DNA of 31,627 bases from an uncultured Lentisphaeraceae bacterium (GCA_964619145.1 CAZUCG010000001.1:1-31627); one strand, 5' to 3'. Numbered from the stretch's first letter, positions 1 through 10,464 are shown. Made by a program: numbers and translations. The notes: generated by a model from the letters alone, not told the origin.

Positions 1-2
1 CA

Positions 3-34
3 CTGGGAAAACCTCAGCCCGGAGATTTTCCCAG
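3..34. other. Hairpin/inverted repeat upstream of secA (end of upstream transcript or leader structure)
   Basis: CTGGGAAAA (3-11) is the exact reverse complement of TTTTCCCAG (26-34); inner CTC/GAG can extend it. No clear U-tract follows. Confidence 0.4.
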
Positions 35-83
35 GCAGATGAATTTTGTTGCGCGTTAAACTTAAATCACGAGAATTGGCAAT

Positions 84-3080
84 ATGTTGCAATGGCTGGC
101 TAAAAAAATATTTGGAAATCGTAATGCCCGGGCGCTCAAGAAGATGCAGCCCCTGGTGGACGAGATAAATGAGTGTTTTGCCTCTTACAGTGCTCTGACT
201 GACGAGCAGTTGAAGAGCAAGACTCAGGAATTCAAAGACCGCATCCAGGCCGGTGAAACAACCGATGATATCCTTTGCGAGGCCTTTGCGGTGGTCAAGG
301 ATGCTTGCCGGCGTTTGCAGGCGAGTAAGAACCCTGAAGAGAATAGCGTCTTGGTCACCGGTCACGTCATTCCGTGGGATATGGTGCCGTTTGATGTGCA
401 GCTCTTGGGTGGCATCGCCTTGCATCAAGGCAATATTGCTGAGATGGCTACCGGTGAAGGTAAAACCCTGGTGGCGACTATGCCATTGTATTTAAATGCC
501 TTGACTGGCCACAATGTGCAATTGGTAACCGTCAACGATTACTTGGCGCGGCGTGACTCGGAATGGATGGGGCACGTCTTTAAATGGCTAGGGCTTACGG
601 TTGGCTGCATTCAGAACAATATGTCGCCGCGCCAGCGCCGTGAACAGTATGCCTGTGATATCACTTATGGCACTAATAGTGAGTTCGGCTTTGACTATTT
701 GCGTGATATGGGTATGGCCAACAGCAAAGACGAATTGGTCCAGCGTGACTATTATTATGCGATCATTGATGAAATTGACAGCATCCTGATTGACGAAGCC
801 AGGACGCCGTTGATTATTGCTGGCCCGGCCAAAGTCAGCACACATCAGTTTGACAAGGTCAAGCCAATCGTCTCACAATTGTACCACCGGCAGTTCCAGT
901 TGATGGCGGATTTGCTCCAAGATGCGAAAACGACTCTGGCTGATGAGTTAGCCACCCCTGAACAAATTGATGACGCCTATCTGAAGTTGGCGAGAGTCCA
1001 ACTAGGAATGCCTAAGCATAAACAGATGATGCGCTTGATGGAAGACCCGAAAATTCGCAAGGCATTGGGGCAGAAAGACCTCGAATTACACAACGACAAC
1101 AACCGCGGCTATTTACAAAAAGTCAAAGAGACACTCTATTTCACTATTAGCGAGCGTGAGCACGAGGCTGACTTGAGCGAAATGGGGCGGGAGTTCTTGC
1201 GTCCCGGCGACCCCGAGGCATTTGTTATCCCAGACCTGCCTACTATCTTCAGCGATATCGATGCTGACCAGAGCCTGGACGAGACTGAGAAAATGGAAAA
1301 ACGCAAGACAGCGCAAGTTGAATACGATAGTAAATCCGAGGTGATTCATAATATCTCGCAGTTGTTGCGGGCATACTGCCTGTTTGAAAAAGACGTCCAG
1401 TACGTTGTGCAAGACAATAAGGTCATCATCGTTGATGAATTCACCGGTCGGCCACAACCGGGCCGGCGCTTCAGTGAAGGGCTGCATCAGGCCTTAGAAG
1501 CTAAGGAAGGCGTGCAGATTGAGCGCGAGACCCAGACCTTGGCGTCCATCACTATCCAGAATTATTTCCGGATGTATGAGAAATTGGCAGGTATGACCGG
1601 TACTGCGGAGACCGAAGCCAACGAATTCAAGTCTATCTACAAACTCGATGTGATTGTAGTACCCACCAATCGTCCTTGTCAGCGCATTGACAACAATGAC
1701 CGAGTTTACAAGACTCAGCGTGAGAAGTACAACGCTATCATCAATGAGATTGCTGATTGCAACAAGCGTGGTCAGCCAGTGCTGGTGGGTACGATTTCAG
1801 TTGAAGTCTCCGAGCTCCTGGGACGGCTATTGAATCGCCGGAATATCATCCACAACGTCTTGAATGCCAAACATCATCAAAGCGAGGCTGAAATTGTGAC
1901 CCGAGCCGGGCAGTTCAGCGCGGTGACCATCGCTACCAATATGGCCGGCCGCGGTACAGATATCAAGCTAGGAGCAGGCGTCAAGGAGGCAGGTGGCTTA
2001 CACGTCATCGGCAGCGAACGACACGACTCACGGCGTATTGACCGGCAGCTGCGTGGCCGCTGTGCGCGCCAAGGAGACCCCGGTTCGTCGCGCTTCTATG
2101 TCTCCTTTGAAGATAATTTGATGCGGCTGTTCGGCTCCGACCGAATGACCTCGATTATGGAAAGTATGGGCCTGGAAGAAGGCGAAGAGCTGTCCCACAG
2201 TTTGTTGAACCGGACTATTGAGGGTGCCCAAAAGAGAGTGGAACAACAGCATTTCGCTACTCGGAAACGCACCTTGGAATACGATGACGTGATGAACAAA
2301 CAGCGGGCCACAATTTATGAATTGCGGCGCAATATCTTGTTGACCGAGGATTCCCGAGAGATGCTCCTGGATTACATCTATACTGCGGTGTTCGAGCGTG
2401 TCGAGAGTGCTTTCGCAGCACGACCACGCAACGAGAGCTTGGACTTGAGCGAAGTGCGCTCGTGGTTGTCCCGAACGATTCCGATTGGTTTCCCGGCGAA
2501 GATTTTTTCCCACGATGAGTCTCAGGAGGTATTGAGCAAGGCCATAATGACCCGCATTGAGGAGGCCTACCAAATCAAGGAGCAAATTGAGGGTGCCGAG
2601 TCATTACGATGGCTGGAACGCTACATTATGCTGAATGCCCTCGATAACCTCTACCAAACGCACTTGTACGCGATGGACTCCTTGCGTCAGGGAGTGCAAT
2701 TGCGCTCGTATGGCCAACGCGACCCGCTGGTTGAATACAAGCAAGAGGCCTATACTCTGTTTGCCAATCTGATGGATGCCATCAAAGATGATATCTGTTC
2801 TAATATATTCCGGATGAGTACTATGACCTCTGCCCAAGCAGAGATATTGCGAGTCGCAGCCGACCGGGAAAATGCCGATCGCGGCAAGCCAGCTGGGACA
2901 ATGGAGATCCACCAGAGGTTAAATGCCTTTGAGGGATTGGATGGCAATGCCGGTGCCCAACATAATCTTGGGGGGGCGACTGGGCCGCAGACAGTTCGGC
3001 GAGAGCAGCCGAAAGTTGGCCGCAATGACCCCTGTCCTTGCGGCAGCGGCAAGAAATACAAGTCTTGTCACGGGCGTTAA
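84..3080 (+). CDS. secA: Preprotein translocase subunit SecA (998 aa)
   Basis: MATGEGKT Walker [77 protein letters not shown] and C-terminal [22 protein letters not shown]. Confidence 0.98.
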   Translation: MLQWLAKKIFGNRNARALKKMQPLVDEINECFASYSALTDEQLKSKTQEFKDRIQAGETTDDILCEAFAVVKDACRRLQASKNPEENSVLVTGHVIPWDMVPFDVQLLGGIALHQGNIAEMATGEGKTLVATMPLYLNALTGHNVQLVTVNDYLARRDSEWMGHVFKWLGLTVGCIQNNMSPRQRREQYACDITYGTNSEFGFDYLRDMGMANSKDELVQRDYYYAIIDEIDSILIDEARTPLIIAGPAKVSTHQFDKVKPIVSQLYHRQFQLMADLLQDAKTTLADELATPEQIDDAYLKLARVQLGMPKHKQMMRLMEDPKIRKALGQKDLELHNDNNRGYLQKVKETLYFTISEREHEADLSEMGREFLRPGDPEAFVIPDLPTIFSDIDADQSLDETEKMEKRKTAQVEYDSKSEVIHNISQLLRAYCLFEKDVQYVVQDNKVIIVDEFTGRPQPGRRFSEGLHQALEAKEGVQIERETQTLASITIQNYFRMYEKLAGMTGTAETEANEFKSIYKLDVIVVPTNRPCQRIDNNDRVYKTQREKYNAIINEIADCNKRGQPVLVGTISVEVSELLGRLLNRRNIIHNVLNAKHHQSEAEIVTRAGQFSAVTIATNMAGRGTDIKLGAGVKEAGGLHVIGSERHDSRRIDRQLRGRCARQGDPGSSRFYVSFEDNLMRLFGSDRMTSIMESMGLEEGEELSHSLLNRTIEGAQKRVEQQHFATRKRTLEYDDVMNKQRATIYELRRNILLTEDSREMLLDYIYTAVFERVESAFAARPRNESLDLSEVRSWLSRTIPIGFPAKIFSHDESQEVLSKAIMTRIEEAYQIKEQIEGAESLRWLERYIMLNALDNLYQTHLYAMDSLRQGVQLRSYGQRDPLVEYKQEAYTLFANLMDAIKDDICSNIFRMSTMTSAQAEILRVAADRENADRGKPAGTMEIHQRLNAFEGLDGNAGAQHNLGGATGPQTVRREQPKVGRNDPCPCGSGKKYKSCHGR

Positions 3081-3126
3081 GAAAAATTATTAAATACATC
3101 AGTTAGCATTAGGAAGGCACAAAACA

Positions 3127-4023
3127 ATGAAGCAAGACATTTTGATTGGTACCTTGGTGCAGGGGAAACCCGGTGCGGACAAGTACATCCAACAGATTAT
3201 CCCGCACGGTTTCGAGAGCTTTGCTATTACTTTCGGAAATTCTTTTAAAATTGATCCCGCCGAGCTGGCTGAGAAGATTATGCCTGAGCTTGAGTCTCGG
3301 CAGCTCAAGATAGGCGCTATATCTCTGTATTGCAATCCTTTGAAGACAGACGAAGTGGCTGAACTCGCACGGCAGCAATTCCGTCGTTTGATCGACTGTG
3401 CGCCGTTATACAAGACCGACATCGTCACTGGCTTTACTGGCCGCGTGCCTGGCGTGCCCTTGCCCGAATCCATCGATCGTTTCCGGGAAGTGTGGACACC
3501 GTTGGCGGAGTATGCCGGCGAACGCGGCATCAGAATCGCCTGGGAGAATTGCCCGATGGGTGGTAATTGGCGTACTGGCGACCATAATATCGCGCATAAC
3601 CCCGCGGCGTGGGAATTGATGTTCGAGGCCATCCCCTTGCCCAATATTGGCTTGGAATGGGAGCCGTGCCATCAGATGTTGCAATTGATTGACCCGTTGC
3701 CGCAATTGCGCCAGTGGGTCAATAAGATTTTCCATGTCCACGGTAAAGACGCGACCATCCTCCAGGATGTCATCGCTCAATATGGCATCGCCAGTAGCAA
3801 GACTTTCGCTTATCACCGGGTGCCGGGCTTCGGCGATTGCAATTGGGCAGACATCATCTCAGAGTTGCGGCGGGGTAAATTCCGGGGTTGCATCGATATC
3901 GAAGGCTGGCACGACACGGTCTATAATGACACTTTGGAAATGACTGGACAAGTACACGGCCTCAAATACTTGCAGTTCTGTCGAGGTGGAGACATTGTTC
4001 CCAATCCGGTGCTGGAAAATTGA
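3127..4023 (+). CDS. Sugar-phosphate isomerase/epimerase family (xylose-isomerase-like TIM barrel, AP_endonuc_2), 298 aa
   Basis: Family metal-ligand pattern WENCP, GLEWEPCH, FHVHGKD, IDIEG. AGGAAGG RBS-like sequence upstream; 46 nt after secA. Confidence 0.85.
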   Translation: MKQDILIGTLVQGKPGADKYIQQIIPHGFESFAITFGNSFKIDPAELAEKIMPELESRQLKIGAISLYCNPLKTDEVAELARQQFRRLIDCAPLYKTDIVTGFTGRVPGVPLPESIDRFREVWTPLAEYAGERGIRIAWENCPMGGNWRTGDHNIAHNPAAWELMFEAIPLPNIGLEWEPCHQMLQLIDPLPQLRQWVNKIFHVHGKDATILQDVIAQYGIASSKTFAYHRVPGFGDCNWADIISELRRGKFRGCIDIEGWHDTVYNDTLEMTGQVHGLKYLQFCRGGDIVPNPVLEN

Positions 4024-4214
4024 TGCCCTGCCAGCGAATCACCGGCCGGGGCTAGCGTAGCCGGCCTCCCTGCTGAATAGAGCGCCGTTCTTAGCAGGGC
4101 AATAGCGCTTGTGAATGTCGGCTTTGGGTCCCTGGAATTCAGCAGGCCACAAAAGGCAATGGCAGTTTACCGAATGATGGGAGTGGGATAGGTTTTTTGG
4201 ATTTGGAGCACATT

Positions 4215-7200
4215 GTGGTGTCAGAAAATAAAGAAAAGAGTATTAAGGAAGCCGCTGAGCAATTGCGCTCAGTGCTATTGTTACTTACAGCCCCAGCTAG
4301 CATCAAAGAAATCGAGAGGGTCTTGTTTTTGGCCTCCCGCTGCTTGCCGAGACTGTCGCGGATGCCGCTAGTCAAGCTCGAGAAATTTGCCAACTATCTG
4401 ACCCGTAATGGAATCTTGCTGTGTGAAGATAATAAGTGGACGGCAGCCGGTAGCAGCCCCGCCGAAGTCAGGCGAGTGTTGACCGATAGCCGCTATGCTA
4501 CCTTGGCAGATTGCATCTCCCGAGCAATACCAGCCATCGGCAATCGCGGCACACCGGATTTGCAGTATCTGAAGCGTGATATCCGGAACGCTTTCTATTC
4601 TTGCGATTGGAAATTGCTGAACGCCAGCTTGACTAATTTACACGACTATTTCCCGGCCGAGGACGAAGACGGCCAAGGCGTGGCGTTCTTGTTGGAAGAG
4701 CCGGATTGGGAGAACTTGATTGCCCTGCCGGAGCCGCTGCTGCCTATCTGCGCTTGGCAAATCCTACCGGTGGCCATCAATAAACTACTCGATGTCCGGA
4801 TAATCGAAAATAAATTTATGGAGCTGCACAAGCGCTTCCCGTTGCGGCCCATTTTGTATATGATCGACTATGAGTTGTTACGTGGTAATTTTGCCGATGC
4901 TATGGTGTTAATTAAGCACGTTCAAAAGACGACTAATAACAACGTGCTGAAACTGCGCAAGGCTTGGTTCTTCAGTGTGTTGGGCAAGGATGAGCGGGCT
5001 GTGAGCCTGTTCACCGACTCCTTGCACGAAGTCCGACAAGAAGGCGAACACGATTTTTATTTCCAGACTATCGGTGGGATATTTTTCCTGTTTTCCCAAT
5101 TGCGCACTGGCACGCCGTCAGCGTTGCTGACAGCCGAGGCTAATGCCGAACTCGCGACCCAGAATCCGAGTTGGGGGATGGTCTATCAGATGCTCCTAGG
5201 AGTCATTCGTTACCGCCGGACCCAGGAGCTGCCAGAACAACTCCCCGAACCGGAGGACCTCAACCCGTTGCAGGAATTTTTCTGGATTCTGGGAGCTTAC
5301 TGGCTAGCTTCGGATTTGACTGACGAGCAGCACGAGAGTATCCAACGAATTTGTCAGTTGGCCAAATCTTCCGGTTTTGACTGGCTGGCACAGGAGTGTG
5401 AGGAGTTGCTGCTCCGCACCGGTGAGCACAAAGACACGTATTCACCAAAGGAATTCCACGAAAACTTCGGCAAGTTCAAGGGCGTGCCCTTCCTCTTGAA
5501 TTGCGTCCAGACGGAAAATAGCTGGATGACTAGACTGAAAAATTTCCGTGGTTTTTTGGAGAGCTTGCCTGATCGCCATGTCCGTCGTTTAGTCTGGCTG
5601 GTGGACGCCAATGATGCCGCCAGTGGCTTGTTGACTGTCCGGCCGATGGAACAGCACGCGACCCGCAGCGGCAAATGGAGCAAGGGCCGGAAGTTCACCG
5701 CCTTCCGCAATCAGAATTACAGCCGCATTGAGCAAGACTTGGATTCTTATATGTCCGGCTATCAGTTGACCCCACAGGATAAGTTCGCTTGCTCTATCCT
5801 GCGCGAGGCCATCAGCAAGATTGAGGAGGATAGCAGCAACATTATTCCGGCCTGGGGCTCAGTCTTCCTGTCCTTGGTCGGCCATTCACGGATCTTGCTG
5901 GAAGCGCAGGTCCAACGCCATTTGCAATGTCTGACCGCTACGCCATATATCCGCTTGCTCTGCCACGATAATTATTATGAATTCCAATTGTGGCCGCCGG
6001 CGCAAGACGATGAGCCGATCGTCTTGCGGCTGAACCACGGCGATGTGGTCACCGTGTATATTTTTGACAATGAGTACCTGCAGCTGCGGCAATTGATCGG
6101 TAAGGAATTACGCTTGCCTTGCGATGCCCAGGATCAGCTCGAGGAATTCTTGGGGAATCTCTGCAAACGCTACCAAATACTCTCCGATTGCCCGTTAACA
6201 GCCGTGAAATTACTCGGCGAAGCAGCTGAGAGCAAGCCGGAATTCCGCCTGATCCCTGAAGATCAGGGCCTGCGGGTGGAGTTGTTTGTGACCCCATTCG
6301 GGGTGGCGAATGGCTATTTCAAGCCTGGCAAAGGGCCACTGGAGATGATTACTCATCAGGACAATAGCCACCACCGTTTGGTCCGGGATTTCTCTTGTGA
6401 ACTCGCTCGAGCAGAGACGGCGGTGGAGGCCTGCCCGGCGCTTACCCCGGAAAGGGCCCAGGATAACTGGATCTGGATTTTGGAAAACTCCGAGGATTGC
6501 TATGAGTTCACCTTACAACTACAGGAGATACTGAATCTTTGTACTGTGCAGTGGCCGGAAAATCACAAATTCTCGACTACCAAGACCATCGGCCTGGGAA
6601 ATCTCTCTTTGCGTACCCAGAATTATAAAGACTGGTTTGGTTTGCAGGGCACAGTGACAATTGACGAGAACAAAACTATCTCGCTGCAAGAATTGCTGAA
6701 GCGCAGTAAGGGCGAGCGGGGCCGTTTTATCGTCCTAGATGACGGACAAGTCATCGCTCTGAGCGAGAATTTCCGCCAACGCCTTGATGAATTCAATCGC
6801 CTCGGCGAGCCACAGAATGATATTTTTCGCATCCATCCGTTGCTGCAGCCGCTGCTCAATGCCTTGACTGGCGATGTCGGCAAAGTGGAGCACGCGAAGG
6901 AATGGCACGAACAGCTCGCCCGGATGGAACAATCGATGCAGCTTACCCCTGAGATCCCGAAGGAGTTCCAAGGGACTCTGCGGCAATATCAGGTCGATGG
7001 TTTCGTCTGGATGTATCGCTTGGACGGCTTTGGTGCCGGAGCTTGTCTGGCAGATGATATGGGCCTCGGCAAGACTATCCAAGCTATTGTTCTTATCCTC
7101 AGCAAGGCCTCTGAGGGGCCCACACTAGTCATTGCGCCGACCTCGGTCTGCGCCAATTGGCAAGCGGAATTAGCTAAATTCGCACCATCTTTGAAGGTCG

Positions 7201-8354
7201 TCACTTTAGGCACCAACGACCGGCTTGAGACTCTGACCAGTATGGGCCCGCATTCGGTCCTGGTCACCAGCTATGGCTTGTTGCAGAGCGAAAATGAAAA
7301 ATTCGCCAAGATCACCTGGCGAGTCGCGGTTTTAGATGAAGCGCAAGCAATCAAGAATTGCCATGCTAAGCGTTCCCGGGCGGCGTTGAATATCAACGCC
7401 ACTTTCCGGCTGGTAACGACGGGCACACCCGTCGAGAATAACTTGAATGAGCTATGGTCGGTCTTCCAGTTTATAAACCCGGGCTTGCTAGGCTCACGCG
7501 AGCTGTTTCAGCAGCGCTTTGCTATCCCCATTGAGCGGGAAGACAATCGTGATGCGCTGCAACGTCTCAATAGCCTGATTAAACCGTTTTTATTGCGTCG
7601 TCGCAAAGACCAGGTGCTACTCGAATTGCCGCCCAAGACAGACATCAACCATATTGTCGAATTGTCCAGCCCAGAACGGCAGTTCTACGAGGCCTTGCGC
7701 CGGGAAATTCTCGCCGAATTAGAAGAACGTCGTGATGGCGAAGGGCAGATGCGAATCCGAGTCTTGGCCGGTATCACTAAACTGCGCTTGGCGACTTGCC
7801 ATCCGAGCTTGGCCGGAGCCGGCCCGGAAATCCCCTCCGCCAAGTTAGATACCTTCTTGGAATTGCTAGAAGAGCTCTTGGATGGCGGGCACCGGACACT
7901 GGTCTTCAGTCAGTTCGTGAAATTCCTTACGATTGTTCGGGAAGCCCTGGATGAGCGGCAAATCCCCTATCAATATTTAGACGGCAGCCTTTCCGCGAAA
8001 GAGCGCTCGGCCGGTGTACGAGTCTTCCAGAGTGGCTCTTGTCCCGTTTTTCTGATCAGCCTGAAAGCCGGCGGTGTGGGGCTGAATTTGACCAAGGCCG
8101 ATTACGTGATTCATCTTGATTCTTGGTGGAATCCCGCCGTGGAGAATCAGGCCTCCGACCGTGCCCACCGCATTGGCCAGAACAAGCCAGTGACTATTTA
8201 TCATTTGCTGACCAAAAATACCATCGAAGACAAAATTCAAAATTTGCATCAATGGAAGCGCGATCTCGCCGATCAGATTCTCAGTGGCAATGATAAAATT
8301 TCCACTATTAGCGTTGATGAATTGCTAAAACTCTTGGCGGAAGAGACTGGCTAG
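4215..8354 (+). CDS. SNF2/Swi2-family SF2 ATPase with ~900-aa N-terminal region (alternative start TTG 4197)
   Basis: LRQYQ Q-motif, LADDMGLGKT, DEAQAIKN, TGTPVENNLNELWS, LRRRKDQV, VFSQF, SLKAGGVGLNLT, WWNPAVENQASDRAHRIGQ. GGAG at 4205-4208 lies 6 nt before GTG 4215. Confidence 0.92.
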   Translation: MVSENKEKSIKEAAEQLRSVLLLLTAPASIKEIERVLFLASRCLPRLSRMPLVKLEKFANYLTRNGILLCEDNKWTAAGSSPAEVRRVLTDSRYATLADCISRAIPAIGNRGTPDLQYLKRDIRNAFYSCDWKLLNASLTNLHDYFPAEDEDGQGVAFLLEEPDWENLIALPEPLLPICAWQILPVAINKLLDVRIIENKFMELHKRFPLRPILYMIDYELLRGNFADAMVLIKHVQKTTNNNVLKLRKAWFFSVLGKDERAVSLFTDSLHEVRQEGEHDFYFQTIGGIFFLFSQLRTGTPSALLTAEANAELATQNPSWGMVYQMLLGVIRYRRTQELPEQLPEPEDLNPLQEFFWILGAYWLASDLTDEQHESIQRICQLAKSSGFDWLAQECEELLLRTGEHKDTYSPKEFHENFGKFKGVPFLLNCVQTENSWMTRLKNFRGFLESLPDRHVRRLVWLVDANDAASGLLTVRPMEQHATRSGKWSKGRKFTAFRNQNYSRIEQDLDSYMSGYQLTPQDKFACSILREAISKIEEDSSNIIPAWGSVFLSLVGHSRILLEAQVQRHLQCLTATPYIRLLCHDNYYEFQLWPPAQDDEPIVLRLNHGDVVTVYIFDNEYLQLRQLIGKELRLPCDAQDQLEEFLGNLCKRYQILSDCPLTAVKLLGEAAESKPEFRLIPEDQGLRVELFVTPFGVANGYFKPGKGPLEMITHQDNSHHRLVRDFSCELARAETAVEACPALTPERAQDNWIWILENSEDCYEFTLQLQEILNLCTVQWPENHKFSTTKTIGLGNLSLRTQNYKDWFGLQGTVTIDENKTISLQELLKRSKGERGRFIVLDDGQVIALSENFRQRLDEFNRLGEPQNDIFRIHPLLQPLLNALTGDVGKVEHAKEWHEQLARMEQSMQLTPEIPKEFQGTLRQYQVDGFVWMYRLDGFGAGACLADDMGLGKTIQAIVLILSKASEGPTLVIAPTSVCANWQAELAKFAPSLKVVTLGTNDRLETLTSMGPHSVLVTSYGLLQSENEKFAKITWRVAVLDEAQAIKNCHAKRSRAALNINATFRLVTTGTPVENNLNELWSVFQFINPGLLGSRELFQQRFAIPIEREDNRDALQRLNSLIKPFLLRRRKDQVLLELPPKTDINHIVELSSPERQFYEALRREILAELEERRDGEGQMRIRVLAGITKLRLATCHPSLAGAGPEIPSAKLDTFLELLEELLDGGHRTLVFSQFVKFLTIVREALDERQIPYQYLDGSLSAKERSAGVRVFQSGSCPVFLISLKAGGVGLNLTKADYVIHLDSWWNPAVENQASDRAHRIGQNKPVTIYHLLTKNTIEDKIQNLHQWKRDLADQILSGNDKISTISVDELLKLLAEETG

Positions 8355-8487
8355 AGCAAAGTACTGCGCTATGTATAATGCGACTTCTTTTGAGTAGCTC
8401 CCCCCTCGCGGGCGTGACTTCTTTGGCCGTAAGACGCTGGATTGTGTCTTCTTTTGCCCGACTTTTGCTGTTTTCGCAGAATGGGCC

Positions 8488-8515
8488 TTGACAGGCAGGC
8501 TAAAGGCACTAAATT
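8488..8515 (+). promoter_or_regulatory. Putative sigma70 promoter for the nagB-like/PIG-L pair
   Basis: TTGACA (8488-8493), 16-nt spacer, TAAATT (8510-8515). Confidence 0.45.
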
Positions 8516-8649
8516 TTACCTAGGCCACGACCTGCTGACGGACGCTTGCGCACCCCCTACAGGGAGGCTTGCTGGCGATATTGTGGTGCTCGGCGATGCC
8601 GGTCATTGATATCCTCCTCAACGCTGTCTTACGGCTAGCGCCAGTGAGG

Positions 8650-8665
8650 ATTGGTATATAAACTG
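8650..8665 (+). promoter_or_regulatory. dre-like (GntR/HutC, NagR/DasR-type) operator, left half intact
   Basis: ATTGGTATATAAACTG matches the left 11 positions of AnTGGTnTAnACCAnT; the right end is degenerate. It lies ~60 nt upstream of an amino-sugar deaminase-like gene. Confidence 0.3.
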
Positions 8666-8722
8666 AATTTTTTTGCCCGGACTGTCAGTCCTCTTGTTCC
8701 TAAAACCATCTAACAAAGGGAA

Positions 8723-9661
8723 ATGAGTATGAGAAAGCACAGCGTTGTTGCTCCGGATTGGTGGGATTATACCACTATTGCTGATGACTTGGTGGCCGAA
8801 ACCGCCCGGCTGACCGTGAAAGACATGGAGAACTTGAGCCGTCCTGGCTTCAAGGTCGTGATGTACGATACCATCGAAGAATTCTACTTGGCCGAAGCTC
8901 TGGAATATATCGAGGCTTGGCGGCACTCCACCCCCGATAACCCTTGCGGCATCTGCGGACCCATCGGCCCCACTGAGCAGCTGCCACTCGTTGCACGACT
9001 GGTCAATGCATTGGACCTGAATCTCGCGAAACTCGAAGCCCAATTCTGGGGTATGGACGAATGGGTGCAGAATGGCGTGGCAGTAGGCACTGATCACCCG
9101 CTGTCGTTTTCCAAATGCGTTAAAGGACTTTGCTTCGACCATATCCGCCCAGAACTACGGATGCCAGATAAAAATATGCATTTCCCCTCCGGTGACCTCT
9201 CGGCTTATAGCCGCACTTATGACCAATTCAGCTGTAAATTGATGCAGGGCGGGCAAGGCGACACCAAGCACTGGGCTTTCAACGACCCGCTGAAACGCGA
9301 GGGAAAATACGCGGATAACCCGCCGACTCCGGCTGAATTTCGGCAGCTGGGGACTCGTATTGTGGATTTGCACCCGATGACAGTGATGCAGAATGCCCGC
9401 ACTTCTGGTGGTGGCAATATTGCTTTGGTGCCGACCACTGCCGCCACAGTCGGACCAATCGAGACTTGGAAGTCTGAGAAGGTCTCGATCTGGCAAGCCG
9501 GTAACCACGATAACGCATTTGGAATGCGTTTGACCACACTGATGATCAGTAAGCGTATCCCGGATGCCGCTGTGCCGATGTCGTTGTTGGCGGACCACCC
9601 CAATGTCCAATTCAACTTCTATCGTCCCGGCATCGGCAAATGCGAAGTGGAAATGCACTAG
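8723..9661 (+). CDS. Divergent glucosamine-6-phosphate deaminase (NagB)-like protein, 312 aa (alternative start 8729)
   Basis: GPIGPTEQ phosphate-loop equivalent, [21 protein letters not shown] (cf. NagB GxGxxGHIAFNEP), terminal LLADHPNV. No signal peptide. Confidence 0.8.
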   Translation: MSMRKHSVVAPDWWDYTTIADDLVAETARLTVKDMENLSRPGFKVVMYDTIEEFYLAEALEYIEAWRHSTPDNPCGICGPIGPTEQLPLVARLVNALDLNLAKLEAQFWGMDEWVQNGVAVGTDHPLSFSKCVKGLCFDHIRPELRMPDKNMHFPSGDLSAYSRTYDQFSCKLMQGGQGDTKHWAFNDPLKREGKYADNPPTPAEFRQLGTRIVDLHPMTVMQNARTSGGGNIALVPTTAATVGPIETWKSEKVSIWQAGNHDNAFGMRLTTLMISKRIPDAAVPMSLLADHPNVQFNFYRPGIGKCEVEMH

Positions 9662-9681
9662 AGATAGGGAGATACACCTAA

Positions 9682-10464
9682 ATGAGTAAACCAGCAGTAT
9701 TAGCCTTAGTGGCGCATCCCGATGACATTGAATTTATGTCGATGGGCGCAATGCTGATGTTGCAGAAGCGCGGCTGGGCAGTCCATTATATGACTATCGC
9801 CAACGGCTGTTGCGGTACCGCGGTTGATGACATCGAGACAATCTCGCGTAAACGCGAGGCCGAGTGCCAGGACGCTTGTCAGCTGGTTGGCGCCACTTGG
9901 CACCCTTCGGTCTGTAACGACTTGGAAATCTTCCATAATTGGGACGTGATCAGCAAGGTCCTCAGCGTGATTCGTAAAGTCCGCCCCCGGATCATCTTCA
10001 CCCAATCGCTGGATGACTATATGGAAGACCACATCAACTCCTGCCGGGTGGCGGTGACCGCAGCTTTTGCCCGCGGGATGCTGAATGCGAAATGCGACCC
10101 GCCGCGGCCGCCGATTCAGGATGACGTGACCATCTATCATAGCACACCGCACGGATTGATGGACGCCCTCCGTCGCAAAATTGAGCCGGAGGTCTTCGTC
10201 AACGTCGAGCCGGTTATTGATCTGAAGTGGGATATGCTGGCCTGTCACAAGTCACAGAAGGAGTGGCTCGATGTCAGCCAGGGTATGAATGCATACCTGA
10301 AGGTGATGAAGGACTTCGCTGCCGAACTCGGAGAACGCTCCGGGAAATTCAAGTACGCGGAAGGCTTCCGCCGCCATTCTTGGCTGGGCTTCTCCGGTAC
10401 TGAGATCGACCCGCTGGGCGAGGTCCTCGGCGATGATGTCTGCGCGAATCAACGCTACGTCTGA
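9682..10464 (+). CDS. PIG-L/LmbE-family N-acetyl-sugar deacetylase, 260 aa
   Basis: AHPDDIE zinc motif, RKREAECQDACQLVG, IRKVRPRIIFT, EDH second motif, LACHKSQ, AEGF. GGGAG RBS. Confidence 0.9.
   Translation: MSKPAVLALVAHPDDIEFMSMGAMLMLQKRGWAVHYMTIANGCCGTAVDDIETISRKREAECQDACQLVGATWHPSVCNDLEIFHNWDVISKVLSVIRKVRPRIIFTQSLDDYMEDHINSCRVAVTAAFARGMLNAKCDPPRPPIQDDVTIYHSTPHGLMDALRRKIEPEVFVNVEPVIDLKWDMLACHKSQKEWLDVSQGMNAYLKVMKDFAAELGERSGKFKYAEGFRRHSWLGFSGTEIDPLGEVLGDDVCANQRYV

Noticed and set aside
4215-8354. DISARM, Zorya or another defence island
   Set aside because: No methylase, nuclease, zorAB or other defence partner; neighbours are metabolic or housekeeping genes.
8382-8467. CRISPR array
   Set aside because: Units are 8-11 nt, degenerate and irregularly spaced; no cas genes.
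8426-8635. 10-bp long-range inverted repeat GCCGTAAGAC/GTCTTACGGC suggesting a 6S-like rod
   Set aside because: The 190-nt interior does not zip into a rod, the left arm is upstream of the best promoter, and one 10-bp match in a region this size is plausible by chance.
8636-8700. glmS ribozyme-like start (AGCGCCAG...GAGG) upstream of an amino-sugar gene
   Set aside because: No P1 stem between AGCGCC and GACGAGG, and the downstream ATCGA...CGGCGG core is absent.
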